From Candidatus Cloacimonadales bacterium (GTDB lineage Bacteria; Cloacimonadota; Cloacimonadia; Cloacimonadales; JAFGVF01): a DNA stretch of 64,000 nucleotides. This document shows positions 60,953 through 64,000 of the stretch, piece after piece. Each line of letters starts with the position of its first letter. Position 1 is the first letter of the stretch. The notes beneath the pieces were generated by a model. That model did no database searches. It saw nothing but the letters and a program-made list of their open reading frames with translations, and was not told where the DNA came from. Made by a program: the position numbers and the translations under genes. Where the stretch lies: positions 320,001 to 384,000 of the forward strand of contig OY782781.1 of NCBI GenBank assembly GCA_963678315.1, written 5' to 3'.

Positions 60953-61339
60953 TTAACGTTTTGAGAATTGGAATCTTTTTCTTGCTTTAGGACGACCTGG
61001 TTTCTTACGTTCAACCATACGAGGGTCACGAGTAAGAAGGCCTTTCTTCTTAAGATCAGATTTTAAAGATTCATCATAAATAACTAACGCTCTAGAAACA
61101 CCATGTCTGATAGCACCAGCTTGACCTGATAATCCACCACCACAAACGTTAACTCTTAAGTCAAGTTTGTCTGATAGACCTGAAATTTCGAAAGGTTGTT
61201 CAACAACCATTTCAAGAACTTCTCTTTGAAGGTAATCTTTCATAAGTTTACCATTGATAATTCTTTTTCCAGTTCCTGGTGTTAATCTAACACGTGCTAC
61301 AGCATTTTTTCTTCTACCTGTTGCGTCGAAATACTGCAT
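60953..61339 (-). CDS. rpsI: 30S ribosomal protein S9
   Basis: [20 protein letters not shown]. Confidence 0.98.
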   Translation of the reverse strand: MQYFDATGRRKNAVARVRLTPGTGKRIINGKLMKDYLQREVLEMVVEQPFEISGLSDKLDLRVNVCGGGLSGQAGAIRHGVSRALVIYDESLKSDLKKKGLLTRDPRMVERKKPGRPKARKRFQFSKR

Positions 61340-61352
61340 TTACTCTCCTAAA

Positions 61353-61775
61353 CTATAAAGTTTTTGGTTGTTGTGCTGCATGAGGGTGTTCCGCTCCTGC
61401 ATACACTTTAAGCTTTTTAAACATTTGTCTGCCAAGGGTGTTTTTTGGTAACATACCTTTAACAGCACTTCTAATAATTTCTTCTGGTTTTGAAGATAAC
61501 ATTCTTTTGAAAGAAGTTTCTTTTAAACCACTTGGATAGCCACTATAGTTCTGGTAAACTTTAGAATCTGCCTTAGTACCAGTAACTCCAACTTTCTCTG
61601 CATTAATAACAACCACAAAATCGCCACAATCAATGTTTGGCACAAAATATGGTTTGTTTTTACCGCGGAGAATGGAAGCTATTTTAGTAGCAACACGACC
61701 TAATGTTTGACCTTCTGCGTCAATAACATACCAATCCCTGCGGATATCTTCCGGTTTGGGAGTTAAAGTCTTCAT
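61353..61775 (-). CDS. rplM: 50S ribosomal protein L13
   Basis: [27 protein letters not shown]. Confidence 0.98.
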   Translation of the reverse strand: MKTLTPKPEDIRRDWYVIDAEGQTLGRVATKIASILRGKNKPYFVPNIDCGDFVVVINAEKVGVTGTKADSKVYQNYSGYPSGLKETSFKRMLSSKPEEIIRSAVKGMLPKNTLGRQMFKKLKVYAGAEHPHAAQQPKTL

Positions 61776-61889
61776 CCTTTCTCCTTTAATAAATTTAACT
61801 AACTTAGTTAATTATATATATTATCAGAGGTTTACGTTTAAAAACCTCTGTAGCGTAACAAAATATTTTCTAATAGACAGTTATGTCAA
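61776..61889 (-). promoter_or_regulatory. sigma70-type promoter and two-hairpin leader of rplM-rpsI
   Basis: TTGACA on the minus strand at 61884-61889; CAGAGGTTT/AAACCTCTG and TTAACTAA/TTAGTTAA hairpins. Confidence 0.5.
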
Positions 61890-61925
61890 GAAATATAATT
61901 GCTATCTTAATATATTTTATGATGT

Positions 61926-62807
61926 TTATAGAATTTTTATTTGGTTAGAATCCTCCATTTCATCATAAACAAGCTGTCTTTTTTTACTCTGTCTATACCA
62001 GCCAATGAGAATAATAACAGGGAGTACCATCCATAGAACAGATACTATTGCATAGATAATATTTAGATAAACTCCTCGGGTAAATTTCTTTTCGAATTTC
62101 TGGTAAAACATCTTTTTAGTCATATTAAAACTGCTTGTAAAAACTATATTAAAATTACCTTTTTTATTAAACATTTTACTCAGTCCATTAGGATATTCTT
62201 TATGAAGAAAACGAACAGCTTGAGCAGACTTTGCATAGAAAGAACTAAGATTTAAAGAGTTAACAGGATAATTATTTTCCATTTTATCAAGCCTTTTAAC
62301 ATCATTTGTAAGATAATCTATTCCCAGATTCAAAGCCATTTGTGTAGAATACTGTTGTGAAAAATACACAGCCATACCTTCATGGAACCAAAGGGGTACT
62401 TTGTCTAGAGAATCGTCTATAAAAGCGTGAATATATTCATGAAGCAATATAGTATAGAATTCATTTCTATTGTCAACATCAAAATAGCTTTTTATAAAAA
62501 TCTTCTTCGATCCGCTATCATAAAAGGCATTACTATATTCAGTTATTCCACCAAAGCTATTAGTAATATTTTTGAAGTCATTTTTGTCATGACTTAAATA
62601 GATTTTTGCTATAAAATCTGGATAAGCTCCAATAGTCATCTGAAAATCATCAATCATAGGAGGAAGTACAGAGATAATTTCCTTGGCAAACTTGCTATCA
62701 GATTCTTGGTAGGAAATCTCAATTCTATCTTGTTTAAGAAGGACTCTTTCAGCAGAAATCCAGCTAAACAGGCATAGAAATAGAGCTATAAAGAGTTTAC
62801 TCTTCAA
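61926..62807 (-). CDS. peptidase MA-like (gluzincin) membrane-anchored protein
   Basis: Signal peptide, LLHEYIH, PLWFHEGMA, C-terminal TM helix. Confidence 0.85.
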   Translation of the reverse strand: MKSKLFIALFLCLFSWISAERVLLKQDRIEISYQESDSKFAKEIISVLPPMIDDFQMTIGAYPDFIAKIYLSHDKNDFKNITNSFGGITEYSNAFYDSGSKKIFIKSYFDVDNRNEFYTILLHEYIHAFIDDSLDKVPLWFHEGMAVYFSQQYSTQMALNLGIDYLTNDVKRLDKMENNYPVNSLNLSSFYAKSAQAVRFLHKEYPNGLSKMFNKKGNFNIVFTSSFNMTKKMFYQKFEKKFTRGVYLNIIYAIVSVLWMVLPVIILIGWYRQSKKRQLVYDEMEDSNQIKIL

Positions 62808-63705
62808 GTTTTTTACCTAAAGTAGCGATATAAATAACAAATTCATTTTCTCCATCAAGGTTAAGATACTTGTTCATGAATTCATCCATGTAAGCACCTA
62901 TAGCACAAACACCACAATCTATTGATTCGCCTGCTAAATATAAGTTTTGGCAAACATGCCCAATATCTAAATAGAGATATCTGTAAGCTCTTTGTTGGTA
63001 TCTCCATACTGTTCTATAAGGAATAGCTGACCAGATAAAATTAACTGCACAATTCAATACCATATCCTGTCTATGGCAAGCAATCCAAATTGATTCAATC
63101 AGTTCTTCACTCAGATCAATTATAACTAAAGAATGTTCTCTTGCATCATAGAAGTACAAGCCAGGGGTTAAACCTTCAACCTTATTTATAAGGAGATATG
63201 TCTCAAATGGGTGCCTAGCACCAGCAGAAGGGACTGTTCTCAAGGTGACAGATACTTTCTTAGTCTCTTTGATTGTTTTAACGCCTTGAGTTAACCAAAG
63301 CAGATATGACAGTTCTTCTAAGGTTAATTCTTTATCAGAATAAGATCTAACAGAAGTCCTTTCTTCTATAACTTGTCTTAGATTATTATTTTTAATATTT
63401 ACGTCTTCATGACTTGGTAGTTTTATCTTATCACCTGCAAAGCTTTTTAAGACACTTGGCTTAGCTTTTCCATTCATTTGGTCGGAAACACCATGATACA
63501 AGTAAGATGTTAAGTCTACAAAATCCTTGCCTATACTTTTTGCTTTCATCTTATCATGATCGACCTGTTCGATATCCTGATGATATTTTTCTACTATTTC
63601 ATCGTATTCATCATTTGTAACTTCAAGCTCATTTTGAATAACTTCGTCTTTATAACCACTTGATTTCATCTTCAAGTAAAAGAACTTTTTCCTTATTTTA
63701 TCCAT
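62797..63705 (-). CDS. SagB/ThcOx-family nitroreductase-like dehydrogenase
   Basis: RTSVRSY, LRTVPSAGARHPFETY, RYQQRAYRY, GHVCQNLYLA. Confidence 0.9.
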   Translation of the reverse strand: MDKIRKKFFYLKMKSSGYKDEVIQNELEVTNDEYDEIVEKYHQDIEQVDHDKMKAKSIGKDFVDLTSYLYHGVSDQMNGKAKPSVLKSFAGDKIKLPSHEDVNIKNNNLRQVIEERTSVRSYSDKELTLEELSYLLWLTQGVKTIKETKKVSVTLRTVPSAGARHPFETYLLINKVEGLTPGLYFYDAREHSLVIIDLSEELIESIWIACHRQDMVLNCAVNFIWSAIPYRTVWRYQQRAYRYLYLDIGHVCQNLYLAGESIDCGVCAIGAYMDEFMNKYLNLDGENEFVIYIATLGKKLEE

Positions 63706-63800
63706 ACTAACTCCATTTTAACAATTTCTAGACCAAAGGAGACTGTCCCCTCATATATACTATGGGCACAATCTCCTTAAATTAGGCACACTTTTCAATT

Positions 63801-63998
63801 TTATTTCAATAACATTACTTTTCCGATAATTCCTTTTGAGTTATCATACTTGATAAAGTAGATACCATTTGCAACTTTTTCACCATTAAAGCCTGATCCA
63901 TTCCACACAAAATCTCCATTTGTATCTTTGCTTTTAGAGTTTAAAATAGTTACCAACTGACCTTTCATATTATATACTTTGATTCTATCTGGAGTAGA
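63801..63998 (-). CDS. 3' end of a secreted protein with a T9SS type-A/FlgD-like C-terminal domain (runs off the window)
   Basis: My translation: ...IKVYNMKGQLVTIL...VWNGSGFNGEKVANGIYFIK...GKVMLLK*. Confidence 0.85.
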   Translation of the reverse strand, partial: STPDRIKVYNMKGQLVTILNSKSKDTNGDFVWNGSGFNGEKVANGIYFIKYDNSKGIIGKVMLLK

Positions 63999-64000
63999 TT

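Noticed and set aside
2805..61968. Numerous 60-140 aa antisense or overlapping ORFs inside housekeeping genes
   Set aside because: Shadow ORFs opposite or within well-supported genes, with no independent evidence
62797..63705. Thiazole/oxazole RiPP cluster suggested by the SagB-like gene
   Set aside because: No YcaO, precursor peptide or transporter nearby; stand-alone SagB-type nitroreductases are common

Overview
AT-rich bacterial chromosomal window. Gene content and style (C25/gingipain-like protease, two PorV-like proteins, T9SS/FlgD-type C-terminal domains, archaeal-type ProRS, short EF-Ts) suggest an FCB-related lineage such as Cloacimonadota; this is an inference. Most of it is housekeeping: purM, pta, glyS, proS, purD, ispE-prs-rplY-pth-rpsF-ssb-rpsR-rplI, rpe, ffh, dapA, frr-pyrH-tsf-rpsB, rpsI-rplM. 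Five accessory features stand out. (1) A surface-protein locus at 43.6-52.2 kb ends in two tandem FN3 + FGE/C-type-lectin lipoproteins. Their C-termini look like diversity-generating retroelement (DGR) variable regions, with an IMH-like constant end and twin hairpins, but I found no reverse transcriptase or template repeat in the window. (2) Four intergenic islands (9.1-9.8, 15.2-15.65, 21.65-21.95, 52.98-53.8 kb) are mosaics of one shared set of palindromic modules. They include a ~195-bp direct repeat bracketing a 5-kb GLUG surface-protein gene and a 245-bp tandem array. (3) A PorU-like/PorV-like pair is linked to Wza-like/Wzc polysaccharide export genes. (4) The Wzc poly-Tyr tail overlaps the likely ispE start. 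(5) There is an unannotated 55-aa lipoprotein ending in Lys. I saw no rRNA, tRNA, CRISPR array or transposase.
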